From assembly GCA_040235515.1 (NCBI GenBank), contig JBECKX010000203.1, forward strand, positions 1-45,302: 45,302 nucleotides of DNA. Reading direction: 5' to 3'. This DNA is from Candidatus Zixiibacteriota bacterium (lineage in GTDB: Bacteria > Zixibacteria > MSB-5A5 > CAIYYT01). Made by a program: the position numbers and the translations under genes. Under the pieces are notes generated by a model. It did no database searches, was not told the DNA's origin, and saw nothing but the letters and a program-made list of their open reading frames with translations. Of the stretch, positions 18,134-28,108 are shown piece after piece (positions within the stretch are counted from its first letter, which is position 1; each line of letters starts with the position of its first letter).

Positions 18134-18156
18134 GGGCGAATGCCATTCGCCCCTAC
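18134..18156 (-). repeat. GTAG-type REP-like palindrome
   Basis: The minus strand reads GTAGGGGCGAATGGCATTCGCCC: a GTAG foot plus an imperfect palindrome. Confidence 0.65.
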
Positions 18157-18274
18157 GGGCATACTTTGGTCTGATATCCTCCTAATTTCCCGCAAAATCC
18201 GCAAACATCTGTCGTGTGTTCCGTATAACTAATTGGACGCTCTGTTGTCGGCTGTGTGACAGTTGACATAATTA

Positions 18275-18302
18275 TTGACAGGGCGGTTTTTTTTGCTACC
18301 TT
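18275..18302 (+). promoter_or_regulatory. Sigma70 promoter of the hrcA operon
   Basis: TTGACA-N16-(TGc)TACCTT immediately upstream of CIRCE. Confidence 0.7.
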
Positions 18303-18304
18303 CT

Positions 18305-18331
18305 TTGGCACTCTGGACGGCAGAGTGCTAA
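18305..18331 (+). promoter_or_regulatory. CIRCE operator (HrcA binding site)
   Basis: TTGGCACTC-N9-GAGTGCTAA, one mismatch from the TTAGCACTC-N9-GAGTGCTAA consensus, upstream of hrcA. Confidence 0.95.
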
Positions 18332-18405
18332 TCCGATTCGCCTAAGTTGTTGTAAGATGGCATTTTGCTAAACGCCGTCTGATGAAGCCATAAGGAATTC
18401 AAGGT

Positions 18406-19440
18406 TTGGCCAAGCAATTTGAGTTGAACGAACGCGAGCGCGCCGTTCTGGCGGTGCTGATCGACCATTATATCCGTACCGCCGAGCCGGTCGGATCGCG
18501 TGTCATTGCGACCAAGTTTAACCTTGGTGTCTCGCCGGCGACGGTGCGCAATACGCTCGCCGACCTTGAAGATCGCGGCTTAATCGAGCAACCGCACACA
18601 TCGGCGGGACGGGTGCCGACAGAGGTTGGTTACCGTTTGTATGTTGACCATCTGCTAAAAAGTGAACGTCTCAGCAAAAACGACCGCGAGAAGATCAAGC
18701 GGTTGCTGACGGTTGACTATGGCGCGGTAGAGGATGTGCTCGACCAGACGGCGCGGGTGTTGGCGCAGGTGAGCTCGCAGCTTGGCGTGACGGTGCTGCC
18801 GAAGTTCGAGAATGCGATCCTGACCAAGATAGACCTGGTTCCGGTCACCGACACGAAGATGATGGTGATTATCGCCGTAAAGTCAGGCTTTGTGCGGACG
18901 CTCCTGGTTGAGGTTGAGGCGCAGGTGGATCAGAACAGTCTGAGTGACACGGTACAGATTCTCAACGAGAAGGTCTGCGGGTTGTCGCTCGGGGAGATTC
19001 GAAATACGATCAGGGAGCGGTTGCATGGAGTGAGTAATGGCGAGCCGCAATTGCTCAAGCTCTTCATCGACCAGAAAGAAACGATCCTTGATGACACCAG
19101 TTCTCCGACAATCCACACCGAGGGAACATCGAACATCATCTCGCAAAAGGAGTTCCAGGACCCGGAGAAGTTGCGGGAGTTTATATCACTACTTGAGGAA
19201 CGCAAGAGCCTGGTGCATCTGTTGAAGGGGAGTTCGCTGCCGGATGGAATCAGTGTCACGATCGGCACCGAATCGAACATCGGTGGGTTGCGGGATCTGT
19301 CGGCGGTGATTAAGACATACAAGATCGGTCAGACGCATGGTTCGATTGGAATCATCGGTCCGACGAGAATGGAATACGCAAAGCTCATCTCCGTCGTTGA
19401 TTACACGGCGAAGGTGTTATCGGAGATACTGTCACGCTGA
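18406..19440 (+). CDS. hrcA: Heat-inducible transcription repressor HrcA
   Basis: YIRTAEPVGS, SPATVRN, QPHTSAGRVPT and IGIIGPTRMEY motifs; TTG start. Confidence 0.98.
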   Translation: MAKQFELNERERAVLAVLIDHYIRTAEPVGSRVIATKFNLGVSPATVRNTLADLEDRGLIEQPHTSAGRVPTEVGYRLYVDHLLKSERLSKNDREKIKRLLTVDYGAVEDVLDQTARVLAQVSSQLGVTVLPKFENAILTKIDLVPVTDTKMMVIIAVKSGFVRTLLVEVEAQVDQNSLSDTVQILNEKVCGLSLGEIRNTIRERLHGVSNGEPQLLKLFIDQKETILDDTSSPTIHTEGTSNIISQKEFQDPEKLREFISLLEERKSLVHLLKGSSLPDGISVTIGTESNIGGLRDLSAVIKTYKIGQTHGSIGIIGPTRMEYAKLISVVDYTAKVLSEILSR

Positions 19441-19477
19441 GGTGAAGGAGTGACAGCGAGAGTAGTTATACAGCGAT

Positions 19478-20110
19478 ATGTTCAAGAGAAAGATGAAGAA
19501 ACAGGAAGAACTTACAAAAGCTGAAGAAGTTAAGCAGGACTCTGCTGAGGCGGAAGCTGCTACTGACGAGCAGGGAAGTGTTGAAGCCGGTGAGTCCACT
19601 GAGGAAACTCCTGCTGAGGAGGAGGCGGTAGAAACTGCGCCGCCGACGGATGAGGATCGGATCGCGACGCTGGAACGCCAGTTGAGTGAGCAGCAGGATC
19701 GTTTTACGCGATTGGCTGCGGAATTCGACAATTACAAGAAGCGAACGTCGCGGGAGTTCACCAATCTCATAAAGTCTGCCAACGAAGAGCTGATCGGCGA
19801 GTTGCTGGAGGTACTGGACAATTTCGATCGTGCCTTCGAGAGCAGAGAGAAGGGCGCCGATATCGAGGCATACGACAAGGGGATGAAGCTCGTATATAAT
19901 CGACTGCTGGAGACTCTCAACCGCGCGGGACTGAAGAAGTTCGAGTCGGTGGGTGAGAAGTTCGATCCAAACCTTCACGATGCCCTGATGCAGGTGGAAG
20001 ATGAGGAGAAGGAGGCGGACACGATCGCGCAGGAATTCCAACCGGGGTATTACCTGAACGACAAGGTGTTGAGGCACGCCAAGGTCGGAGTTGTAAAAGG
20101 AAAAGAGTAA
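19478..20110 (+). CDS. grpE: Nucleotide exchange factor GrpE
   Basis: RLAAEFDNYKKR, FDPNLHDA and GYYLNDKVLRHAKV motifs. Confidence 0.98.
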   Translation: MFKRKMKKQEELTKAEEVKQDSAEAEAATDEQGSVEAGESTEETPAEEEAVETAPPTDEDRIATLERQLSEQQDRFTRLAAEFDNYKKRTSREFTNLIKSANEELIGELLEVLDNFDRAFESREKGADIEAYDKGMKLVYNRLLETLNRAGLKKFESVGEKFDPNLHDALMQVEDEEKEADTIAQEFQPGYYLNDKVLRHAKVGVVKGKE

Positions 20111-20212
20111 GGATATTTTATCAGGATTTCGCGTCGGGCGCGTGAGTTGAATGAGATTTTGCAGGCGCCCGGGAGAAGATAGAAGTTTCGTGTATCGATG
20201 GAGGATAGATAG

Positions 20213-22150
20213 ATGGCTAAGGTAATCGGTATAGATTTGGGAACGACGAATTCGTGCGTTGCCGTGATGGAAGGCGGTGAGGCGACGGTCATCCCGAACC
20301 AGGAGGGAGGTCGCACGACGCCGTCGGTGGTGGCATTTCAGGAAGGTGACGAGCGCCTGGTCGGTCAGATCGCGAAGCGGCAGGCGGTCAAGAATCCCGA
20401 AAACACAATCTTCTCTATCAAGCGTTTCATGGGGCGTCGTCATTCCGAGGTGGGGGAAGAGGAGAAGATAGTCCCATACACGATTACGGAAAATGAATCG
20501 GGTGATTGCCGGGTAGAGGTACGCGGCAAGCAATATTCTCCGCCGGAGATCTCGGCGATGATCCTGCAGAATCTGAAGGCCACCGCGGAAGCGTATCTTG
20601 GCACGACGGTGACGCAGGCGGTCATCACGGTGCCGGCATATTTCAACGACAGTCAGCGACAGGCGACCAAGGATGCGGGCAAGATCGCGGGGCTTGAGGT
20701 GCTCCGCATCATCAATGAGCCGACCGCCGCGGCGCTGGCGTATGGACTCGACAAGAAAGAGAATCAGAAGGTTGCGGTATATGACCTTGGGGGCGGCACA
20801 TTCGACATCTCGATTCTCGAGATCGGCGATAATGTTGTGGAAGTGATGTCGACTAACGGCGACACGCACCTGGGTGGTGACGATTTCGACCAGCGGTTAA
20901 TGGATTACATCGCCGACGAATTCAAGAAGCAGGAAGGGATTGACCTGCGCAAGGATCGGATGGCGTTGCAGCGCCTCAAGGAAGCCGCAGAGAAAGCGAA
21001 GTGTGAGCTTTCCTCGACGATGCAGACGCAGGTGAATCTCCCCTTCATCACGGCGGACCAGGATGGACCGAAACATCTTGACCTGACAATCACGCGCTCG
21101 AAGCTGGAACAACTCACCGAGGACCTGATAAATCGTTCGCTGGAACCGTGCCGTCATGCGCTGCGGGATGCCAACCTGAGCACCTCGCAGGTTGATGAAG
21201 TGATTCTGGTGGGTGGCATGACGCGCATGCCGAAGGTACAGGAAGCGGTCAAGGAGCTGTTCGGTCGCGCACCACATAAGGGTGTGAATCCGGACGAAGT
21301 AGTCGCCATCGGCGCAGCGATCCAGGGCGGCGTGCTGGCGGGAGATGTAAAGGATGTGCTGCTGCTTGACGTGACGCCGTTGTCGCTCGGTATCGAGACG
21401 CTGGGCGGAGTGATGACGAAGTTGATCGAGCGGAACACGACGATCCCGACGCGCAAATCTCAGATTTTCTCGACCGCGGCTGACAACCAGCCTGCGGTGA
21501 GCATTCATGTGCTTCAGGGTGAGCGTGAAATGGCGATCGACAACCGCACGCTTGGTCGTTTCGACCTGGTGGGAATTCCGCCGGCGCCGCGCGGAATGCC
21601 ACAGATCGAGGTGACATTCGACATCGACGCCAACGGTATCGTTCATGTTTCGGCCAAAGATAAGGGGACCGGCAAGGAACAGAAGATCAAGATCGAGTCC
21701 TCCTCCGGTTTGAGCGAGCAGGAGATCGAGAAGATGGTGAAGGACGCCGAAGCCAACGCCGAATCTGACAAGAAGAAACACGCGCTGGTGGAGGCCCGCA
21801 ACAAGGCGGACCAGGTGATCTATTCGACCGAGAAGACGCTCAAGGAGCATGGGGACAAGATCTCGGAGGATGAGCGCAAGAAGATAGATGAGGCAAAAGA
21901 ACGCCTTGAGGCGGCAGTCAAGACGGATCAGCCGGAGATAATCAACCAGAAAATTGACGACCTGATGACCGCCGCGCAGGCGATCGCTGAGCATATTTAC
22001 AAAGAGACTGCCCAGCAGGAAGCTGCTCAAGGGGGTGGCCCGCAGCCACAGGGTGACAGCGGCCAATCGGGAACGTCGCAAGCGAATAAGGAAGGCGACG
22101 AAGCTGTCGATGCGGATTTTGAGGTTGTGGACGACAAGAAGGAGCAGTAG
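20213..22150 (+). CDS. dnaK: Chaperone DnaK
   Basis: [25 protein letters not shown] and VNPDEVVA motifs. Confidence 0.99.
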   Translation: MAKVIGIDLGTTNSCVAVMEGGEATVIPNQEGGRTTPSVVAFQEGDERLVGQIAKRQAVKNPENTIFSIKRFMGRRHSEVGEEEKIVPYTITENESGDCRVEVRGKQYSPPEISAMILQNLKATAEAYLGTTVTQAVITVPAYFNDSQRQATKDAGKIAGLEVLRIINEPTAAALAYGLDKKENQKVAVYDLGGGTFDISILEIGDNVVEVMSTNGDTHLGGDDFDQRLMDYIADEFKKQEGIDLRKDRMALQRLKEAAEKAKCELSSTMQTQVNLPFITADQDGPKHLDLTITRSKLEQLTEDLINRSLEPCRHALRDANLSTSQVDEVILVGGMTRMPKVQEAVKELFGRAPHKGVNPDEVVAIGAAIQGGVLAGDVKDVLLLDVTPLSLGIETLGGVMTKLIERNTTIPTRKSQIFSTAADNQPAVSIHVLQGEREMAIDNRTLGRFDLVGIPPAPRGMPQIEVTFDIDANGIVHVSAKDKGTGKEQKIKIESSSGLSEQEIEKMVKDAEANAESDKKKHALVEARNKADQVIYSTEKTLKEHGDKISEDERKKIDEAKERLEAAVKTDQPEIINQKIDDLMTAAQAIAEHIYKETAQQEAAQGGGPQPQGDSGQSGTSQANKEGDEAVDADFEVVDDKKEQ

Positions 22151-22206
22151 CAGCAACTACGGCCTGACGAAGCACAACTTCAGTCGAGCATTGCAGATTA
22201 TTTTAT

Positions 22207-23394
22207 ATGTCTAAACGTGATTATTACGAGATCCTCGGTATCGAAAAGGGTGCGTCGGAGGATGAGATCAAGAAGGCTTACCGCCGACTGGCGGTCAAGT
22301 ATCATCCCGACAAGAATCCCGGCGATAAGGAAGCCGAGGAGAAGTTCAAGGAAGCGACCGAAGCGTATGAGGTCTTGAAGGACCCGCAGCGACGCCAGCA
22401 GTATGACCAGTTCGGTCATGCGGGATTTCAGCAGCATGGTGGATTTGGTGCTGGTGGTTTCGGCGGCGCCGGGTTTGACATCAACGATGCGCTGCGTGCG
22501 TTCATGCGGGATTTCGGCATGGGCGGCGGTGGTGGCGGCGGTTCGATTTTCGACGAGATATTCGGTGCGGCCGGCGGACGCAGCACGCGCGGAAGGCAGC
22601 ACAGTTTCCGTGGTGAAGATATCAAGATCCGCGTCAAGCTGACACTGGAAGAGATCGCGACGGGTGTATCGAAGAAGATCAAGATCAAGCGCTACAAACG
22701 CTGCCATACCTGTTCCGGCTCGGGGGCGAAGGCGGGTACGGCACGCGAGACCTGTCCACAGTGTCGGGGAGCGGGGGAGGTGCGTCAGGTGACGCGCTCG
22801 ATGTTCGGGCAGTTCATTAACGTTACGACGTGCGATTACTGCGGGGGAACGGGCCAGGTGATTCAGGATCCGTGCGGCACCTGCAGCGGATCGGGGCGAG
22901 TGGAGGATACCTCCACGATCACGGTGAAGATTCCCGCGGGGGTGGCGTCGGGCAACTATATCCCGATGCGCGGGGAGGGGAATGCCGGCATGCGCGGTGG
23001 CGAAGCCGGCGACCTGATAGTCTTGATCGATGAACAGGAGCATGAGCGGTTCGTGCGGCATGGTGATGATATCCTTACTGAGGTACCGATCACCGTGGCG
23101 ATGGCGGCGCTGGGAGGCGAGATTCAGATCGAGACGCTCGAAAGCAAAGTCAAATTGAAGATCCCCGCCGGGACGCAATCTGGCAAGATCCTGAAGTTGC
23201 GTGGCCAGGGCCTGGGTAAGCTCCGTTCGAATGGGCGGGGTGATCTTCTGGTTAAGGTTAGTGTCTGGACACCGACAAATCTCACGAGTGAGCAGAAAGA
23301 ACTCTACGAGAAGCTAATGGAAATCGAGGGAGAGGTACCGCCCAAGGTATCGAAGTCGATTTTCGAACGCTTGAAAGAGTCCCTGGGAGTATAG
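22207..23394 (+). CDS. dnaJ: Chaperone DnaJ
   Basis: J-domain with HPD, G/F-rich region, four CxxCxGxG motifs. Confidence 0.99.
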   Translation: MSKRDYYEILGIEKGASEDEIKKAYRRLAVKYHPDKNPGDKEAEEKFKEATEAYEVLKDPQRRQQYDQFGHAGFQQHGGFGAGGFGGAGFDINDALRAFMRDFGMGGGGGGGSIFDEIFGAAGGRSTRGRQHSFRGEDIKIRVKLTLEEIATGVSKKIKIKRYKRCHTCSGSGAKAGTARETCPQCRGAGEVRQVTRSMFGQFINVTTCDYCGGTGQVIQDPCGTCSGSGRVEDTSTITVKIPAGVASGNYIPMRGEGNAGMRGGEAGDLIVLIDEQEHERFVRHGDDILTEVPITVAMAALGGEIQIETLESKVKLKIPAGTQSGKILKLRGQGLGKLRSNGRGDLLVKVSVWTPTNLTSEQKELYEKLMEIEGEVPPKVSKSIFERLKESLGV

Positions 23395-23395
23395 A

Positions 23396-24265
23396 TTGAC
23401 ATCATACCTGGAGATCAGCGTCAAGTGCTCGCCACAGGATGAGGACCTGGTGACTGGTTTCATTACTACAGCCTTGAGTCAGGGCCTGGTGACTGAGGTT
23501 GACGATAAGGATTTTGTCGTTAAGTTCTACCTGCCCGCCGAGGACTCATCACGAGAGAAAGTCGAGGACCTGGGTCGCCACCTGGTGAAGACGGGTTTGG
23601 TGCAGCCTGAGAGCCTCGACAAGATGATCTCAGTTCGTTCGATCGATGAGATCGACTGGATCGAGTCATACAAGAAGTCGTTCAAGCCGGTCGTGGTGGA
23701 CAATTTCGTCGTGAAGTCAAGCTGGGATACGACAGAGTATCCCGACAAGATTCCGATCATCATTGAGCCGAAGATGGCGTTCGGTACGGGACACCATGAG
23801 ACCACGCAGCTCTGTATGCGCCAGTTGACGGCGGATTTGCGGCAGGGAGACAAGGTGCTTGATCTTGGTTGTGGCTCGGCGATTTTGAGTATCCAGGCTG
23901 CCAAGCTCGGGGCATCGGAATGTTATGGTCTCGACATCGACTTGGTTGCGATCGAGAATGCGGAAGAGAATATCGCATTGAACGGTGTCGGGAATACCGT
24001 GCGGGTGGAATTCGGATCGATGGAGAAAGTGAGCCGGCATGGCTACTACGATATCGTCATCAGCAATCTGATCAAGGACGAGATTTTCAATTTATTCGAG
24101 AGCTTCATGCGCGCACTCCGACCGGGGGGGACGCTGATCCTGTCAGGGATATTGCTCGAGCAGGAGGAGGAGTTTCAACGCTTCCTCAAGCTGAAGAATC
24201 CGCAGGGCTACCTGGTATCCCGTATGAATGAATGGATTTGCTGTCGTGTCACGAAAGCAAAGTAG
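23396..24265 (+). CDS. prmA: Ribosomal protein L11 methyltransferase
   Basis: PKMAFGTGHHETT and VLDLGCGSAILSI motifs; follows dnaJ. Confidence 0.95.
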   Translation: MTSYLEISVKCSPQDEDLVTGFITTALSQGLVTEVDDKDFVVKFYLPAEDSSREKVEDLGRHLVKTGLVQPESLDKMISVRSIDEIDWIESYKKSFKPVVVDNFVVKSSWDTTEYPDKIPIIIEPKMAFGTGHHETTQLCMRQLTADLRQGDKVLDLGCGSAILSIQAAKLGASECYGLDIDLVAIENAEENIALNGVGNTVRVEFGSMEKVSRHGYYDIVISNLIKDEIFNLFESFMRALRPGGTLILSGILLEQEEEFQRFLKLKNPQGYLVSRMNEWICCRVTKAK

Positions 24266-24995
24266 TGTAGTTCACTTCTACATCGAACCGGGCTCAATAA
24301 GCGGCAACAGCGCACTCTTTACACGCGAAGAATCAGACCACATATTAAAGACGTTTCGGCTCTACATCGGGGATACGTTTCTCGCGACCGACGGCTGCGG
24401 GAATCTATATCAGATGGAGTTGACGGCGTTTGAAGATCGCTGTGTACTGGCTGCGATTAAGGGGAGGAGATCGCAAGTGGGGGAGTTGGCTGCGAAGATA
24501 ACGGTAGGATTTGGTATCCCGCAACTGGCGAAGGGGGATCAGATCATCGACCAGTGCACGCAACTGGGTGCCTCGGCTTTCCTGCCGATTCTCTCGAAGA
24601 ACAGCAAGACCAAGTTGACGGGGGAGAAAGCCGCCGCGCGGACCTCACGCTGGCAGAATGTCGCGATCAGCGCGGTTAAGCAGTCTCTTCGCACCGTCCT
24701 GCCGGAGATTTTGCCGCCGGGAGATTTGGTATCGGTGGTGGATGAGCTGGGGCGATATGACGGCGTATATATCGGGTCGATGCGGGGAAAAGCATTGGCG
24801 GAGGTGGAGGCGACGAAAACGGCTGGATCGATCTTGCTGCTGACGGGGCCTGAGGAGGGATTCAGTCGCATCGAGGAGGATAAACTGATCCGTGCGGGGG
24901 CGATCCCTGTCTCGCTGGGGAGTCGGCGGATGCGCGCGGAACTGGCGGCTGTGGTGATGCTGACGCTGTTTTCGAATCGATGCAGCCAGGAATGA
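24228..24995 (+). CDS. rsmE: 16S rRNA m3U1498 methyltransferase (start uncertain: ATG 24228 or GTG 24246)
   Basis: HILKTFRL, TQLGA, SAVKQS and GPEEGFS..LGSRRMRAELA SPOUT motifs; follows prmA. Confidence 0.92.
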   Translation: MNGFAVVSRKQSSVVHFYIEPGSISGNSALFTREESDHILKTFRLYIGDTFLATDGCGNLYQMELTAFEDRCVLAAIKGRRSQVGELAAKITVGFGIPQLAKGDQIIDQCTQLGASAFLPILSKNSKTKLTGEKAAARTSRWQNVAISAVKQSLRTVLPEILPPGDLVSVVDELGRYDGVYIGSMRGKALAEVEATKTAGSILLLTGPEEGFSRIEEDKLIRAGAIPVSLGSRRMRAELAAVVMLTLFSNRCSQE

Positions 24996-25018
24996 GCTTC
25001 CGCTCCCCGCTACGTGCT

Positions 25019-25045
25019 TCAATAAGGGGCTGAATCAGCCGATAA
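25019..25045 (+). promoter_or_regulatory. Candidate sigma28 (FliA-type) promoter
   Basis: TCAA-N15-GCCGATAA upstream of the prepilin peptidase gene. Confidence 0.55.
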
Positions 25046-25053
25046 GGCATAAT

Positions 25054-25854
25054 ATGGATTCACCGATGCAGACAGAGTTGATCCTCTCGATTTATGTTTT
25101 CCTGTTCGGCATATTCTTCGGGTCATTCCTCAATGTGATAATCTACCGACTGCCACGGAATGAGAATTTCGTGGTGGGTCGCTCCCGCTGTCCCGGTTGC
25201 GGGCAGCGAATTGCATGGTATGACAATGTCCCGCTGATCAGCTACATCATCCTCGGTGGGCGCTGCCGGAAATGCAAGGTGGCGATTTCGTGGCGTTATC
25301 CGGCAGTTGAGTTGATTACGGCGGGATTTTTCCTGCTCGCCTTCAAGATGTACGGCCTGTCGGCTTACACCGGCGTCGTGAGTCTCTTCTTTGCGCTCTT
25401 GCTGGTGGCCACGGTCATAGACTTCCAGCATTTCATCATCCCCGACAAGATTACCTATCCCGGCATGTTGATCGGGCTGGCGCTCTCTTTCGTCAATCCT
25501 GAATTGAGTCCGCTCGATTCGTTGATTGGCTTGCTGGCGGGCGGTCTTTCGCTCTACCTGCTGGCGCTGGTAGGTGATTTCCTGTTCAAGAAGGAATCGC
25601 TCGGTGGTGGGGATATCAAGCTTGCAGCTATGCTGGGTGCGTTCCTGGGCTGGCGCGCGATCATCATCATCTTTTTCGGCGCTGCAGTTCTGGGCTTGAT
25701 TTACGCCATCATTCAGCTGGCTGTTTCACAGAAAGCACGCGAGACGCGGATGATTCCTTTCGGACCGTTTCTTTCGATGGCTGCGCTGATCGCGCTCTTT
25801 TTTGGTGATGCGATCATCAATTTCTACCTTCACGAAATCCTGATGCTACAGTAG
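25054..25854 (+). CDS. pilD: Prepilin peptidase / N-methyltransferase (A24 family)
   Basis: GSFLNVIIYRLP, RSRCPGC..GRCRKC zinc motifs, catalytic ID and GGGDIKL, IPFGPFL. Confidence 0.95.
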   Translation: MDSPMQTELILSIYVFLFGIFFGSFLNVIIYRLPRNENFVVGRSRCPGCGQRIAWYDNVPLISYIILGGRCRKCKVAISWRYPAVELITAGFFLLAFKMYGLSAYTGVVSLFFALLLVATVIDFQHFIIPDKITYPGMLIGLALSFVNPELSPLDSLIGLLAGGLSLYLLALVGDFLFKKESLGGGDIKLAAMLGAFLGWRAIIIIFFGAAVLGLIYAIIQLAVSQKARETRMIPFGPFLSMAALIALFFGDAIINFYLHEILMLQ

Positions 25855-25991
25855 GGGACGATCGCCCCGCAGTAAAACGCTTCAATCTGGAACCGCTGCA
25901 CTAAGCTTGCACCCGCAGGCGTGCAGAATTGGGGGATGAATCGCGGGTCTGCCACTTCGCGCATTCCCAAATCTGCCGATAATTCACCAGT

Positions 25992-27890
25992 ATGAGGAAA
26001 GAGTCTGCGCAGCCAGCCACTACGGGAGTCGTGAAGTCGTGGCTTCAGCGACACGGCCTCAGCTACGAGCTGATGATAAAGGTTACGCTCGGGCTGATGT
26101 TCGTTCTGATTATCGGGGCGAACCTCAATTCGATGCGCTTTTTCAATACGGTGGAAAGCGTAAACGAGCAACGTCTCGCACGGGATGTTGCCGAGCGGCT
26201 TGCACTGATATCTCAGACATTGAGTGACCACCCGCGGCTGGGAATCAACACGAACGAGACGCGACGGCTTGCGGAAGCGGCTGGATTCGAGAAGCTTTAT
26301 GTTGTGGAGACCGAAGCGTTGCGCCACACGGAGGTCGGCTACTCCGAGTATACGAGCATTGCCAACCTGCACCTGTTGCAGGAGCTTTACGGGCTGCCGA
26401 AGAAACTTGCCGGCGGCGCTACGACCAGCTTACCTACCTCGCTGACTTATCCATACGCCGGGATCGGGGGGGAATCGATGCGAGCCGGGTTTTATCATTT
26501 CATGTCGTCAGAGGGTGTGCCACTGACCCTCGTCGGGACCCTGGTGGTGCCGGGAGATCGTGAAGTGAACAAGCTAGCGAAGCTCAACACCGTATTTCAG
26601 ATATTGAGCGTTCTCGCCGTCCTGACGATAGTGCTGGTGCTGTTGCGCCTGACCCTCACTCCTTACCGCAAGATCAAGTCACAAGCGATCGCCGCAGAGA
26701 TAGCCTCCACCGAGCAGGCGGAGTCGGTCGATTTTGCCGTGGAGACATTCCAGAAGGTGATCGATGAGTTGCGCCAGAAGGAGGAGAAGCTGCAACGGCT
26801 GTATGCGCAACAGAAGAGCCGGGCAGCGAGTCTGGAGCGATACAACGAGTTTGTTCTCGAGAGTATGTATTCGGCGGTCGTGAGTTGCGACACCGATGGG
26901 AACGTTACGCACTACAATCGTGCAGCAGAGGAGCTCTTCGGAGGTAAACGTTCCGAGAAGCTGCACAAGCCGATAGGTGAGGCAATCTCTAACTGTCCCG
27001 GACTGGCTGAGCTGGTGAAGGAAGTGCTGGCGAGCGGACTGGAGGCAACTTTACCGGAACGAGAGCAGCAGGTTGGCGGGGCGCGCAAGATCTGGCTGAA
27101 TATCAGTTGTACTTTATTGCGCGATCTGCAGGGGCATATACAGGGAGCGATGCTGCTGGCGACCGACCTGTCTGAGATCAAAAAGCTGGAGGCTGAGATC
27201 TCGCTCAAGGATCAGATGGCGACTATCGGTGAGATGGCTGCCGGGCTGGCTCATCAGCTGCGAAATTCCCTCGGCGCGATGATCGGCTTCGTGCAGTTGT
27301 TGAAGAAGATTACCGCTGACAGCCCGCAGGCTTCCGGGATCGTCGAGAATATTCTGGTGGAGACCAAGGATACTTCGGCGATGGTAGATCGTTTCCTGAC
27401 GCTGTCGCGTGACACCAAGTTCTCGCCTGCGGAGGTGAGTTTGGCGCACGTCGAAGCAAGTCTACGCGCCAAGCTGGAGCCGGAGCTGGAAGCCAGGGAT
27501 ATCAAATTGAAGATTGAGATCGATCGAACGCTGGACGAGATTGTTGTCGATGAGATGTTGTTCGTGAACACGCTGCATAACCTGATCCAGAACGCGATTC
27601 AAGCGTCACAGGAGGGTTCGAGCGTGCACCTGATTATCAGATCACGTTCGGCTGAGGAGATCGAGGTCCAGGTGAGGGACCAGGGGAGCGGCATTTCAGC
27701 TGAGAACCTACCAAACATCTTCACTCCGTTCTTTACCCACGGCAAGGTGGATGGCACGGGGCTTGGGTTGGCGCTGGTGCGCAAGTGGGTCCATCAGCAT
27801 GGTGGAACGATCCAGTGCGAATCGAAAGAAAACGAGGGTACGACGTTCACTTTGACCTTCCCACAGAACCTGCCGGTGTCACTGTATTAG
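25992..27890 (+). CDS. Membrane sensor histidine kinase with PAS domain
   Basis: Two TM segments, PAS (NRAAEELFG), H-box AGLAHQLRNSL, N-box NLIQNAIQA, DQGSGI, FTPFFT and GTGLGL. Confidence 0.95.
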   Translation: MRKESAQPATTGVVKSWLQRHGLSYELMIKVTLGLMFVLIIGANLNSMRFFNTVESVNEQRLARDVAERLALISQTLSDHPRLGINTNETRRLAEAAGFEKLYVVETEALRHTEVGYSEYTSIANLHLLQELYGLPKKLAGGATTSLPTSLTYPYAGIGGESMRAGFYHFMSSEGVPLTLVGTLVVPGDREVNKLAKLNTVFQILSVLAVLTIVLVLLRLTLTPYRKIKSQAIAAEIASTEQAESVDFAVETFQKVIDELRQKEEKLQRLYAQQKSRAASLERYNEFVLESMYSAVVSCDTDGNVTHYNRAAEELFGGKRSEKLHKPIGEAISNCPGLAELVKEVLASGLEATLPEREQQVGGARKIWLNISCTLLRDLQGHIQGAMLLATDLSEIKKLEAEISLKDQMATIGEMAAGLAHQLRNSLGAMIGFVQLLKKITADSPQASGIVENILVETKDTSAMVDRFLTLSRDTKFSPAEVSLAHVEASLRAKLEPELEARDIKLKIEIDRTLDEIVVDEMLFVNTLHNLIQNAIQASQEGSSVHLIIRSRSAEEIEVQVRDQGSGISAENLPNIFTPFFTHGKVDGTGLGLALVRKWVHQHGGTIQCESKENEGTTFTLTFPQNLPVSLY

Positions 27891-28108
27891 AGGGCTGGAA
27901 CGGGGTAATTGAGGCGGTTCAATTGCCCTTGCTAAAATGGCAGAATCGGACATATTAAGAGCCTGAGCGGGTTTCAAATCACAGCAGTACCACGCACCGG
28001 TGATTTGTAGTATCAGACCCTCCGGCGCTCTGTCCAAATGTGAGCTACCCAACTGAACTGCTCAGACGATTTGTCCGTTAGAACCGCTAGTCCCCTGAGG
28101 AGCCCAAG

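Noticed and set aside
19466..23178. Long minus-strand ORFs (467, 419 and 326 aa) opposite grpE/dnaK/dnaJ
   Set aside because: Well-known antisense shadows of dnaK/dnaJ caused by codon bias; no independent motifs or SD.
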